Source of the DNA: Iphione sp. A-MEVVRFRX5
Lineage: Eukaryota
Assembly (NCBI GenBank): GCA_976226885.1
Contig: OZ320315.1
Location: forward strand, 35,774,001-35,838,000
Direction of reading: 5' to 3'
DNA: 64,000 nt
A program made the position numbers and the translations under genes. Positions 13,001 through 24,843 of the stretch are shown in pieces. Within the stretch, counting starts at the first letter, position 1; every line of letters begins with the position of its first letter. A model generated the notes under the pieces. It did no database searches. It was not told the DNA's origin and saw only the letters and a program-made list of their open reading frames with translations.

Positions 13001-16000
13001 TTTCATGTGATTGGTGTCTTTATTGGGCTGTATGTCGTACGATCTACAATAGTTATCAAAATCGTATTCATTTCACTATGTGATTGCTGATGACCAGCTT
13101 TTATGGGGTCTAATCTCTGAAGGGTTTGTCATGACATATATTCCTATGTTTAAACATATCCCATATATTGGAATTATTTGATTTTATCTATATTGTTAAC
13201 TGCCATAGTTTATAATCAAATCAGTCAGTTTTGTATAAGAAAAACACATGGGTTTCAAGACTCTACATATGTATATATGTGTGTTTTTCAGCTATGCCCA
13301 GAAGAGAGGGAGTCACCTGGTGCCGCACTGCAGGCGAATGCTTCACTTGCCTGTTTTGCATCAGAGACCGTGGCATTTGGATGCATGTTGAGGGGGTCTC
13401 TCACCTGCCTGACTTTTCGCTCAATCTTGTGGGAGGCTTTTCCAAAGTGGAACTCGGCTGCTCAGTGGTGAATGCGGCCGATGGTCTGTGGCGGCTCACA
13501 AGCCCACCTCTGACTGCTGCTGGCACGTATGAGCTGTGTATGGGGGAGAGACCTGTCAGGAATGGGGCCCTTGGGTACACTGTCCTCGTACTTGCCGCGG
13601 AGCCAGACCCTGGCTTCTGCTATGCCCATGGCGAGGGACTGTCCACTGTGTACTCAGCAGTGCCTGCCCAATTCAAAATTACCCTCCACGACCGCTACGA
13701 CAATGACATCCAACCCTCTAGGAAGATGATACTTTATCACCAAGATGTCCGTATTGTGCTGGTGTCAGGAACTCCGTGTGAGAGCCTCGATGTAGTACCC
13801 TCACTGAAGATCTCCGACTCGGACATAATTTGTTCTTACAAGGTGCCTTCCGAATTCCGTGGAAGGCTGAAAATTTCAGTGAGTACCATTTGAAATAAGA
13901 TGGAATAACTACCTTCACCACCTAAAAGATTATGAATTATTTCATGCATTTCCGTCGCGTATACAAGTCATGTCTATGTCCTCAATAAGAATGTGGAATA
14001 TAGGTTGTCTTAGTAACCATTTAGTTAGTTGTAACCATTCCATTAAACCAAACAAGGATGACAAAACGTCAAAACTCTCTTTATTGTCCCCCGCCTCATA
14101 GAGGGGGGGACATTAGGAATGCTGCCAGCTGGTGTCCCGACCATCCGTCACACTCTTGTGGGTCTTATAAGTGTTAAACCCTTCACTCAAAAAAACTGAT
14201 TTTAATATATGATATTGGTATATATGGCCCCATGGCACTGGGTAATTTTGGTAGTAATTCAAATAGTTTGAAGGTGAAATTATGGCAATTTTACTCTTTT
14301 CCTAACACACCTACAAACATACATACCTGGTTCAGGGGTTCCTAGGTCTGACAATGCACATACATACACACTCAGTGCTCAGTCATGCAGAACCGAGGGT
14401 TTGTAGCAGTCTGGTGCTCAGTGAGGCAGAACCGAGGTGGCTGTGCCCGGTCAGGCAGAACCGAGAGTTGTAAACCTGAAGGACTTAAACAAGTCTAGCC
14501 AACTACCCCCAAAACAAGCTGCCAATCAAGGTGGTTGTNNNNNNNNNNNNNNNNNNNNNNNNNNNNNNNNNNNNNNNNNNNNNNNNNNNNNNNNNNNNNN
14601 NNNNNNNNNNNNNNNNNNNNNNNNNNNNNNNNNNNNNNNNNNNNNNNNNNNNNNNNNNNNNNNNNNNCTCCCCCCCCCCCATCTTTATGGGCAGTTGATG
14701 GCGGGGGACAATAGACCTCACAGGTCCACACTCTTGTTCATTGTTAAATTAGTGACTTAACCATTGGCTTTTATCCCACTCTTTCTACATTGTACAGTGG
14801 TCCCTCCATAACCAACACTTTTAGTTTCTGTAGATTTCGTCAGGTAAATTGAACTTGTCCGACATTTCCAATTGACTTTTCACATTTGGTTCCCCCTGAG
14901 GTTATCGGATAAGCAATCATGCCGGTTATAAGCCCGTCAGTTAAGGGGGGAGATGACTGTATTCAGATTCACTTTAGATGTTCTTTGTCCTTAGTCTATT
15001 CACTTAAAAAGTTCAGTCCTTAACCTATCAATGGACAAAACATGCATTCCAGAAATGACATTCGGTCTCATTTTTGACTAATAGGGTCTCAAGTAGGGAC
15101 GAATGTTAAATGTTTTGCAGAAAAATATAGAGAGCATAACAGGTTTCTTAAAAATTCATCTACTTAGGTTTTCATCCATGGAGTGCATGCGAGGGGCAGT
15201 CCATACACAGCCCGCTGGACATCCTTGAAGAGCTTCAGTCAGCGACACCGAGAACTGCGCCGGGCACTCCAGACTATGAAGCGAGTCAATGGCCATGTTG
15301 ATCTTTGGGTAGGCCGCGATACCATATTGGAAGACACTTTTTACGTCTTCCAACAGATGGCACAGAAGAAAATTCCCATGCTGCATTATTCGACCATCGT
15401 ACACTTCAATGACGAGAAAGGTGTTGATGCTGGCGGCCTCACACGGTATGTACCAGAACTACTTACTTCTCTTCAACTTTGTATACATGTAATTTTTCAA
15501 AAAATAAAAAAGAATATTCGAGACCGATGATTTATTATTGCCAACGCCTCATAGAGAGGCACCAAGTGCCAATCTAGGTGGTTGTAGGGAGAGAGACCCC
15601 CCACCTCCTCCAGCCCTGCAAGCAATCAACCATGAAATGGGTCATTGAGGTGGGGCACACTAGACCTCAAAGGTCCAAGCTCTTGTTTGTGTACAGATTC
15701 ATATCTTATTGCAGCTTGGTCATATTACTCACTCACTTGAGATACTTTAGACAAAAATTATTTTAGATAACACATATGTAGAAAATGGTTAGCATCAAAG
15801 TACAGAAGAGATTTCCATGAAGTAATATGTATCTTTTCTCCTAGGGAGTGGTATCAGCTGCTGTCTCGGGCAATGTTCAATCCAAACTATGTGCTCTTCG
15901 AGGAAGTTGACGGTCGATGCTACAGGCCAAACACCAAATCTTGGGTCCAAGAGAACCACCTTGATCACTTTTACTACTGTGGACAGGTCTTCGCAAAGGC

Positions 16001-17765
16001 TATTGTTGATGGTAACGAAGTCTGTTTTTTGTATATGAAAGGGGGATGAATTCGAATGTGAGTCTGAGCCTGGAGTGTCGGAGTGTGAGTGTAAATATGA
16101 GTCTGAGTGAATTTGGAGTGTTCTGAGTCTGGAGTGTGTGTGTTTAAGTGTGAGTGCGTGCCACAAGGGTAGGTCTCGTGGCAACTTGCAGCATACTTAT
16201 GACTACTTTGACTTAATCTATAATATAATCCTCTTAAGTGCTGATTTTTTCATCAAAAACTATGTCACAGTAGAGCAGACAAATTTTGAAAAATAGAGTA
16301 GACAAATACATGTACAAATCTGTTATCTCCATGTTAGGTATTACCTGTATTCTCAGTCAAATTATAGATTGTGAAGTGCACCCAGTTTTCTGTTATGGTA
16401 GCAATACATTGAACTTTATCAAGAGGTTACGGCCACACCAAGTATTATCAATCAGCTTAGTTAAACACATATCGTCCATGAAATTTATATTGGTTCAGTC
16501 TAGTGGTCAATATTTAGTGCCTTAACATTCAAATGCATCTATATTTCTCATTCATGTTTGTATCTGTAATTCCTATCCTTTGAGTAAGTAGGGGATGCTT
16601 TACAAATCATTCTTAATTTCGTTATTGAGCATAATTACTCAAAGTGGATCTTATTGAGTCCTTCGTTGTTACAAATGGAATAACAACCTTTTTTTGACTT
16701 GTAGGGGATAGTATGGATGTGCATCTTGCCCACTCCGTATATAAAAGTCTGCTGGAACGACCTTTAACGCTGTCGGACTTGGGAAAGGAGGACGCTGTTC
16801 TTCACAAGTAAGTTGATCCCAAACCTGTGTGTGCCTTGTTTCGATCTCACTCGATCGTGAGTCGATCGCCTCGCCAGCAGTCGTAAAAGACCGGTAATAC
16901 TGATGCATTTTTGATCGTTTGTGATGTCATCGTGGGAATTGCCCAATCAAATTGCTTAAAATTGAGATGATGTCACAATTTGGTAAAAATGACATCCGTA
17001 CTACCCGATTATTCAACCTTTGGCGATCGGCTAATTGCCATGAAGGCTTTCTGCCACAGATGTCCTAGTTGAATGCCTCCTTAGCCCAGGGTGTTATATA
17101 CAAACATTGATGTTTTTTGTCTCGTAGGATTATCCGGTTCGACTTCAGTTCGATTTTCCCCGTCTTTTTTTTGTTTAGAAACCTGACCATGCTTAAGGAT
17201 ATGACCACAGAGGATGAGGTGGAAGCCATGTGCCTAACGTTTGCCATTGATGAACCAGCATTTGGAGAGAACCTCTCCGTTCCACTTAAACCTGGAGGTG
17301 CTGATATTGAAGTCACATTAGAAAATCGCTCGGAATATATTCATCTGTACACGACATACGTTCTCAGGGGTAAGCTATTGATCACATAGTTCAGTTCTTG
17401 GAAGGGATAAGGTACTTTTGACATTTGATGTTTGTGACCTTCACAATGGCGGTTGATGGATAGATGCACAAAAAAACAGTACATAGATGACAATGCAACA
17501 GGCACGCACACACACACACACGAATCATGCACACACGCATATACAGAGGAAAAAAGCAAGTGGAGAGAGGCAGGTCTGGCTCACCTGAATGTCAGGGGGG
17601 CGGCAGGGACTCATTGTTTCATTGATCCGTCAGCTTCAGGCAATATACAGGTATAGATGGCGACGCGAGTGACGCCGCATGGTAACGAGATGTATATTTT
17701 GGAACGCTAGGGGCGACAGTGATCATTCAACTTTAAAATTTCCATACATTCATGTAAAAAAAATT

Positions 17766-17805
<40 letters not shown>

Positions 17806-19280
17806 ATATATTGTGAAACGAGGCTAGTCCTCCAAAAGTGGTATCCAAAAAATATGTATGTATATATATACATATATATATATGCGCATCATATCCGTGC
17901 ACATTAAACCATCAATGGAGTGCTTTGTTCCATCGATTATGTTCTTTTACAGAGCGGATAAAGAAGCAGCTCGAGCATCTACACGACGGCTTTGTGTCGG
18001 TCTTACCACAGAAGCTCATATCGGAGTTTAGCCCCACTGAGCTGGAGTTCCTCATATGCGGCCACAGCAGTCTCGATTTGGAGCTGCTCAGGAACCACAC
18101 GACCTACGGTGGGAACTACTCGCCGAAGTCCCGACAGGTCCTCTGGCTGTGGCAGCTCCTGTCATCGTGGAAGCAGGTATGACCGACAGGCGGGAATTCA
18201 TACATGCCGGCAGACAGACAGACAGACAGACATACAGACAGAGGTAGTGGGGACGGAGGGCTGTCAGGGAGGAGACGGGCAAAATTGCATGTCGTCAAGC
18301 TTTCTTTCCGAGACTCAGACAGCGTTAATTATTCCATGACTGTTTTGATTATGTACGTTGAGGACTGTATATACTGGCTGCGCTTTCAGAAAAGATGGGG
18401 AATATATAATAGGCACAGATTGGGTACGTTTATGCAAAAAAATATCTACGACGTGTAAACTATGTGTTTCTAAACACATTTGTCTAAGCTATGTCCACTG
18501 TGTTTCGTGTTAAAATACAATCAACCCAGCTGTAGTATTTTCTTAAAATACCTGCTTAACTAAAAAAAAATAACTCCGTCACAATAACATGGGCAAAAAA
18601 AAAAAAACAAATTAGTGACATTGCTCGGTAGACGAACAAGTACACAGGGCCATTTTTGTACACAGACGTTTCGGAATTGTGAATAATAATATCTTTACAA
18701 AAGACATCTTTTGAATTATCATTTCTACAGGAGAAAAAGGAAAAGTTTCTTCAGTTTGTGACTGGAAACACTCGAATGCCAGCTTGCACACAGGACTGGC
18801 GTCTAACCATAGAATCGGTACCCAGCAAAGGTGAGATTTCTGTCACTTCTTGCTAAAAGAGCCATTAGACGGTTTCTTTTTGAAAAAAGTGTTACATGAC
18901 CACCATGTTCATTAGAAATATCGAACTCGCATATTTTGAAATAACTTCCCGCTTTTGCCCATATGTAAACAAGACAGTTTTATTCACGGATATAAATTAA
19001 AGGGAAAGACAGTATTTTCTCCCGCGTGTGATATCTCGTTTGAAATATAATCGTTGTTAAATATGCTTCAGTTATTATTTATGAAACGGCGATGGTACTG
19101 CGGACTGGGGAAAAACGATAATTATTACCATTCCATCTTTTTTCCTCCTTAGACCAACTTCCCACGGCGAGCACCTGTTTCAACATACTGAAGTTGCCAA
19201 CGTACTCCAGTAAGGCGCTACTCAGGAAGCAAATGACCACTGCGATAGTCATGGGATCACAAGGATTCGGCCAGTTTTAA
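3..19280 (+). CDS. Giant ankyrin-repeat / filamin-repeat / HECT E3 ubiquitin ligase, 5' end outside window (>=4,070 aa)
   Basis: Exons 3-4017, 4350-4395, 4692-4823, 6412-10054, 10328-12926, 13292-13878, 15168-15445, 15845-16011, 16705-16807, 17179-17369, 17953-18176, 18731-18830, 19153-19280. All introns are GT-AG and consecutive phases match (1,2,2,0,1,0,2,1,2,1,0,1), giving one open frame to TAA at 19278-19280. The frame is already open at base 3 (ASPLHYAAENGHAAVC). Confidence 0.9.
4350..4823 (+). CDS. E3 ligase: two small exons (4350-4395, 4692-4823) encoding an ankyrin-like repeat
   Basis: ttctgttag|..agcag|gtgag and ttccatag|..gac|gtaagt. The translation SDSVPWALLERLLS/VVALNGDLPHQTSVLCAASSHGMTCAVRWIL joins the flanking large exons in frame. 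Absent from the ORF track. Confidence 0.8.
5306..5340 (+). ncRNA. Degenerate minimal hammerhead-ribozyme-like motif (Penelope/retrozyme type), probably inactive
   Basis: CTGATGA-GCTC-TGAT-GAGC-GAAAC, with ATAGG/CCTGT able to pair and AATAAA directly after. No convincing stem III or cleavage triplet. Confidence 0.4.
6412..10054 (+). CDS. E3 ligase exon: second ankyrin-repeat array (~1,214 codons)
   Basis: Acceptor tcctttcag at 6411 and donor GTGAGT at 10055. Motifs DGRTVLHYAAREGKVDFL, WSALHQACSVG, LLKFAAENGHLAVVQWLV, GENIIHLAL, DGLTAVDYA. Confidence 0.9.
10328..12926 (+). CDS. E3 ligase exon: unassigned region followed by a degenerate filamin-like repeat
   Basis: Acceptor cttttag at 10327 (phase 0) and donor GTAAGT at 12927. 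Contains MLKIQLNDANGQ...AVMINGCHIQDSPFPV, resembling the start and end strands of a filamin repeat. Confidence 0.8.
13292..15445 (+). CDS. E3 ligase exons 13292-13878 and 15168-15445: filamin/ABP280 repeat and HECT N-terminus
   Basis: EPDPGFCYAHGEGLSTVYSAVPAQFKITLHDRYDN...KIS|VFIHGVHARGSPY is a typical filamin repeat. It is followed by VGRDTILEDTF...HFNDEKGVDAGGLTR, the HECT start. Confidence 0.9.
14084..14738 (+). mobile_element. Non-autonomous Helentron-like element (DINE-1/HINE architecture), copy 1, in E3 ligase intron
   Basis: 5' subTIR TTGTCCCCCGCC with a nearby partial inverted copy, 3' subTIR GGCGGGGGACAA, then hairpin GACCT-CAC-AGGTC and a T-rich end. Near-identical to 19538-19671 + 29762-30221. 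Contains an N gap. Confidence 0.7.
14539..14667. other. Assembly gap
   Basis: Run of N. Confidence 1.
14795..14959. mobile_element. Possible Tc1/mariner-pogo-type MITE
   Basis: TA-CAGTGGTCCCTCC ... GGGGAGATGACTG-TA. The TIRs are imperfect and there are TA dinucleotides on both sides. Confidence 0.35.
15535..15688 (+). mobile_element. Short relative of the HINE-like element
   Basis: Shares cgcctcatagag near the 5' end, ccaatc(t)aggtggttgta internally, and the tagacctca.aggtcca..ctcttgtt hairpin end with copy 1. Confidence 0.55.
15845..19280 (+). CDS. E3 ligase: six exons completing the HECT domain
   Basis: REWYQLLSRAMFNPNYVLF, LKPGGADIEVTLENRSEYI, FSPTELEFLICG, KFLQFVTG, LPTASTCFNILKLP (catalytic Cys TGT at 19176-19178). 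Confidence 0.93.
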
Positions 19281-19721
19281 AGTTGGATGCCTCAATCTGC
19301 GTGTCAAATATCCATGTCACGTTGACCACTTTGTTGACTATGAAGACCATAAACTGACCCATCCGTGGAGGGGGGCTAAAAGACGTCTGCCGCTAGGTAA
19401 TGTACAAAGGTGTCACTGGCACCAGGTATCGCGTGAACATATTTGGCAATGTACCGAGATAGGAAACCACAGACATGGATTTCAACATTGACAGATTGCA
19501 TCATCCTGTGGCCCCTCTCCCATGTGTACATGTATTTTTGTCCCCCGCCTCATAGAGGGGGGGGGACATTAGGAATGCTGCCAGCTGGTGTCCCAACCAT
19601 CCGTCACACTCTTGTGGGTCTTATAAGTCTTAAACCTTTCACTCAAAAAAACTTATTTCAATATATGATATTCACCGATCGCTTCTCGCGAGTTAACCAC
19701 GCCCACCGCGAAACGTCACAG

Positions 19722-19749
19722 ACACGTGCTTCCGGCATAGACAAACAAA
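19722..19749 (+). promoter_or_regulatory. 28-bp subterminal inverted repeat (left), candidate promoter cassette
   Basis: ACACGTGCTTCCGGCATAGACAAACAAA, the exact reverse complement of 29649-29676. Contains an E-box and an ETS-like core, and lies 10 bp before the exonuclease ATG. Confidence 0.55.
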
Positions 19750-19759
19750 CCCATCCAAA

Positions 19760-22700
19760 ATGGCGCTGCATAGGCCGAAGACTGCGTTACTCAGTGATCT
19801 GCCACAGGGTATGAATCCGAAATGGATGCCCCATAAGCCTTCTTCTCGGCAGATAGTCCGCGCGACAGCTTTTGTCACGGGCTGTTTCGTACATGACGTG
19901 TCTCTGACATTTCTGGAGGCAGGAATTGAGGTTTTTGCTCGCTGCTACCGCAGTCAGCGGCGACGGGAGAAGCCCCACGAAGTGCGCCTGGACATAGGTG
20001 ACAGTAAAGTCACATTCTGCCACTGTTCCTGCACAGCTGGGTAAGTGTCACGGTCTTTTATAAATTCTGTGGTATCTATAGATATTGTGCGTTGTATCTG
20101 TAATGTTTTATTCAACTATCACATTCGCATTTTGCGAGCGGAGACTGTACTGTCACCGCCACCATGTGCTGTCAAGCCCACTGCTTCGTAGGTCTGCGCA
20201 CACTTTGCCAAGGTCGAACTGTCACTGTTGCTGATATATACTAGCCATATCTAAGTGTATGAGGCTTCTCTAATAATTTACTGAACTGTCATGTTTGTGT
20301 CACGTTCGTATTTTGCGAGCGGAGGCTGTACTGTCACCGCCGCCATGTGCTGTCAAGCCCACTGCTTCGTAGGTCTGCGCACACTTTGCCAAGGTCGAAC
20401 TGTCACTGTCTCTGATAAATGCTACCCGTATCCAAGTGTATGAGGCTTCTCTAATAAATTTACTGAACTGTCACGTTTGTGTCACGTTCGTATTTTGCGA
20501 GCAGAGGCTGTACTATGGTTAATTATACCGTTTATAGAACCTGTCACCGTCAGTATGTGTTGTTACGTTCATCTGTAGTTATAGAGCCACATGAGATGTA
20601 ACCAGCAGTGTGTCCTCTCCTGTGTTGTCTGCATACCTGTGTTTCACTTTGCCATTTGCTGTCCCTCTTTCATTTAAGGATTGCAGGAAACTGTGCCCAC
20701 ACTCTTGCCGTGGTGCTTGCACTGGCAGAGTGGCAGAAGCTGGGGTTCTCTCAGGCCCCTCAGCCTCTGTCATGCACCTCACTCCCACAGGTTTGGGACA
20801 AACCCCGGTGCAAGAAATCGCTGCCAGAATCTGCAACCGGGGTGTCATTTGCGAAGCCGACCACAAAGGACCGCAAGCGGAAACCACCCACTGCTACTTT
20901 TGTAGACAACAGGTAAGTACAGAACAATGATCCCTTATGTTCAGTGTTAAATTACTTCATTTTCTCATTTCACTGTTTGGAATGTTTCCTTTTCATCTTC
21001 ATGTTATTGTTTTATGGTTCTCATTGACAGTTACTGGTGTTGCAGCTGCGATACAAGGTAAGATATTCTGTGCTATAGAAAAAAATAGAATATTTCTGAT
21101 TATGAAATTCGTATTCTAATTTGATTGCAAAAACAGGAATTCGTCTTTGTACTTTAAGTATTAATTGTTTTCCTTATATTATCCCCAGGACTAAGGCCTC
21201 CAAGCACCTCCGCTTCGATGTCCTGCTGGACATTGAGGGAGGAAGTTCGTACCTCCTCCAGGGGCCTCATGTTGTGGTGGACACCGTTTGTGGTCCTGCT
21301 TACATGGGCAGCATGATGAGCTACCAGGTACGTTTTGGATATGAATAGGTATATGAAATCTGACATAGCATAGGAAATAGTTGTATTTATAAAATGCACT
21401 GTAAGACTCGGATAGAGTTGTTCAGTATTTAATGAAGAAATCTCAGTTTTAATTTTAATGTTACAGTTCCAGGAGTTGACCCCCTCTGTACTTGTCAGGG
21501 ACGCACCTCGGACGTCCTCAAAGTTGAATGTTACAGTTCCAGGAGTTGACCCCCTCTGTACTTGTCAGGGACGCACCTCGGACGTCGTTAATGTTGAATG
21601 TTACGTTTCCAGGAGTTGACCCCCTCTGTACTTGTCACGGACACACCTCGGACGTCCTCAAAGTTGAATGTTACAGTTCCACCAGTTGACACCCTCTGTA
21701 CTTGTCACGGACGCACCTCGGACGTCGTTAATGTTGAATGTTACGTTTCCAGGAGTTGACCCCCTCTGTACTTGTCACGGACACACCTCGGACGTCCTCA
21801 AAGTTGAATGTTACGTTTCCAGGAGTTGACCCCCTCGGTACTTGTCACGGACACACCTCGGACGTCCTCAAAGTTGAATGTTACGTTTCCAGGAGTTGAC
21901 CCCTCTGTACTTGTCACGGATGCACCTCGGACGTCGTTAATGTTGAATGTTACGTTTCCAGGAGTTGACCCCCTCTGTACTTGTCACGGACACACCTCGG
22001 ACGTCCTCAAAGTTGAATGTTACGTTTCCAGGAGTTGACCCCCTCTGTACTTGTCACGGACGCACCTCGGACGTCGTTAATGTTGAATGTTACGTTTCCA
22101 GGAGTTGACCCCCTCTGTACTTGTCACGGACACACCTCGGACGTCCTCAAAGTTGAATGTTACGTTTCCAGGAGTTGACCCCCTCTGTACTTGTCATGGA
22201 CACACCTCGGATGTCCTCAAAGTTGAATGTTACAGTTCCAGGAGTTGACCCCCTCTGTACTTGTCAGGGACGCACCTCGGACGTCCTCAAAGTTGAATGT
22301 TACGTTTCCAGGAGTTGACCCCCTCTGTACTTGTCACGGACACACCTCGGACGTCCTCAAAGTTGAATGTTACGTTTCCAGGAGTTGACCCCCTCTGTAC
22401 TTGTCACGGACACACCTCGGACGTCCTCAAAGTTGAATGTTACGTTTCCAGGAGTTGACCCCCTCTGTACTTGTCACGGACGCACCTCGGACGTCGTTAA
22501 TGTTGAATGTTACGTTTCCAGGAGTTGACCCCCTCTGTACTTGTCACGGACACACCTCGGACGTCCTCAAAGTTGAATGTTACGTTTCCAGGAGTTGACC
22601 CCCTCTGTACTTGTCACGGACACACCTCGGACGTCCTCAAAGTTGAATGTTACAGTTCCAGGAGTTGACCCCCTCTGTACTTGTCACGGACGCACCTCGG

Positions 22701-24843
22701 ATGCACTTGAAACAGGGTCTGGTGGTTCAGGGTCTGGTGGTGTGTCTCTTAGTCTTCCTGGGCTTCCTCACGATCTCTTATCAAGAGTGGCTTGAATGTG
22801 GACAAGTAGGCACAGACAGCCCAGACCTGGTTCACGGTCGCTGTGCCTGACAAGTCCAAGATGTTACTGAGGATTTGCCACTTCTTGATGCGGTTTATGG
22901 CCCTCTCAACATGCACCCGGTGCTTCGCGATGTCCCGTGTCTCGGACACGTCCTGCCCGGTCATCTGAGCACCGGTCCTGGCAAATGGTGGTATGTTGAG
23001 TCGAAGGCCATAATGCCGCAGATCGTCTTCAATGAGGAAGCCCTTATCCACCATCACCCCATCACCCGGCAGGAGATACCCGGACCTCAGCAGCTCCTCT
23101 GCCAGGTCGTAGAAGCCGCTGGCTCTGGTTATTTCCTTGTCGGATATTCCCCCCGTGAACAAGGTGGAGATAAAGATGATAGTACCACGGGGGTCACATC
23201 CGACCAAGGCCTTCCAGGTGTTGCTGGACTTGTAGTCCGAGTATGTCTGGCTCTGCCGGGTCAGGGATGATGGTCGCTGGGTCTTAAACTCGGTCCCGTC
23301 GAGAATCACCATTGTGCGTGGATACTCTGCGCGGAACTTCGGGGGCATGTTGGCAATGATGACGTCGCGGTGGGGGAACAGTGGCAGGCGACTGAAGCGC
23401 TGGTACATATAATTCACCCACCCACCAAACATAAGCGACGCATCCTGTCCTGAGATTCCGTAACGATGCCCCAAGTCCTTGCATTGTAATCCAAGGCGCA
23501 GTCTGCTCAGCACTAGCAGCAGCTGATCCTCAGCAGGTATTGTCACCAGGCATCTCACCTTATGGCTAAAGTGGATGGCGTCATAGACTTTCCCAGTGGG
23601 CACCAGAAACCTGAGCACACTGTTGAAAGTCTGCAACGTCAGTCCAGTGTAGTGGCCAATAAGGTCAGGGATGGGACTCCTGTTGACACTACTTAAGCTC
23701 ATCCTGTGAGCCTGTTGAGATCGAGCCCTGCTGCGCTGTGCTGCTAGCTGGGTTTGCAGACTGGCCTTTGCCCGGGCCATTCTCTCCATTTCAATGGAGA
23801 GTCTGGCAACCTCTGCCTGGGCTGCACGCAGGTCGTCCTTAAGGGCAACATTCTCGACAGTGACCGAGAGAACCTCCAGAGGATCGGCCCCTGTGAAAAG
23901 AGAACAATGTATTAGTCACTGTATGATTATAGTCAGTTATCAAGGGAATAGTCACATGCATCTATAATATAGTGTCAAATTTTCTTTGTAGGCCAAGTAC
24001 ATTGCTGAGTCGCAGGAGAAGACTGGACCCAATGCCCCCCTGGACCCATGTGGAGACATGGTGTTTCCACGGGACTTCGCCCGGGCACCGTGGATTACAC
24101 TACCGCCATGGGATCCAGACATGTGGCTCAGCGTGGCTGTCACCCTTCCACAGGCTGTCCAGCTGGAGCGTGACACCGGTGGGCAGTCTGCGTCTCCGCT
24201 GTGGTGGGAGGAGCGGAGGCGCAGGGTGACAGCCTCACATTTTGCCTCCATTATGAAGAGGAAGGCTGCCGTGTCACCAGCATTCCTACGGAACACATTT
24301 ACCCCCAAGCCCTTCAAGTCGGCGGCCACGCAGTATGGGACCAGCAGTGAAGAGGTGGCCCGGTTGGCTTTCCTGAGGACCCGGGCAGGAAGCCACTACC
24401 ACCATGTGGGGCTGGTGGTGAATCCGGCATTCCCTTTTCTTGCTGCGACTCCTGATGGCCGTCTCTGCACCAATGGCAAGACGGTCATCATGGAGATCAA
24501 GTGCCCATACTCTGCGAGGGACATGACCATCCCAGAGGCTTGCACCACCATCAAGAAGTTCTGCCTGGAACTGAAGGATGGGAAGCCTGTCATGTCCAGG
24601 TCGCATGACTACTGGTTCCAGGTGCAGGGCCAGTTGCTGGTGACAGGTGCAGACTTCTGTACCTTCATAGTGTACACGGCAAGAGACCTCTTCTCAGAGG
24701 ATATAGCCCCCTGCAGCGAGACGATGGCCCAGATGTTGGAAAAGCTGGGTAATTTCTGGCTTACCCATGCAAAGCCATATCTGGGTCAGCTTGCAGCTGA
24801 AGAGGCTGAGGAGGAGGAACTGCAGGGAGGGGAAGAGGTCTAA
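19760..24843 (+). CDS. Transposon SWIM-zinc-finger / YqaJ (lambda-exonuclease-like PD-(D/E)xK) protein, 501 aa
   Basis: Exons 19760-20040, 20679-20912, 21189-21327, 23992-24843 (1,506 nt, phases 2,2,0). SWIM-like CHCSCTAG|IAGNCAH is split by intron 1. YqaJ motifs TGGQSASPLWWEERRRRVTAS, FLAATPDG, MEIKCPY, YWFQVQGQL. Confidence 0.88.
20118..20515. repeat. ~181-bp tandem repeat, ~2.2 copies, in exonuclease intron 1
   Basis: ttttgcgagc recurs at ~20130, 20311 and 20493 with conserved intervening sequence. Confidence 0.9.
21458..22703 (+). repeat. 70-bp minisatellite, ~18 copies
   Basis: Unit ttacgtttccaggagttgaccccctctgtacttgtcacggacacacctcggacgtcctcaaagttgaatg, starting at 21461, 21531, 21601 and so on. 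Two variants alternate irregularly. Confidence 0.97.

Noticed and set aside
14437-14760. ORFs spanning N runs (also ~39884-40259 and ~52404-52819)
   Set aside because: Open only because of assembly gaps.
21458-22703. Regular 70-bp array resembling a CRISPR locus
   Set aside because: Units are contiguous with no unique spacers, there are no cas genes, and the context is spliced eukaryotic DNA. It is a minisatellite.
21808-22795. ORFs in the 70-bp array, and similarly in the 142-bp and 204-bp arrays
   Set aside because: Repeat periods are not consistent with a maintained frame (70 and 142 are not multiples of 3; 204/205 alternates). They are translation artefacts.
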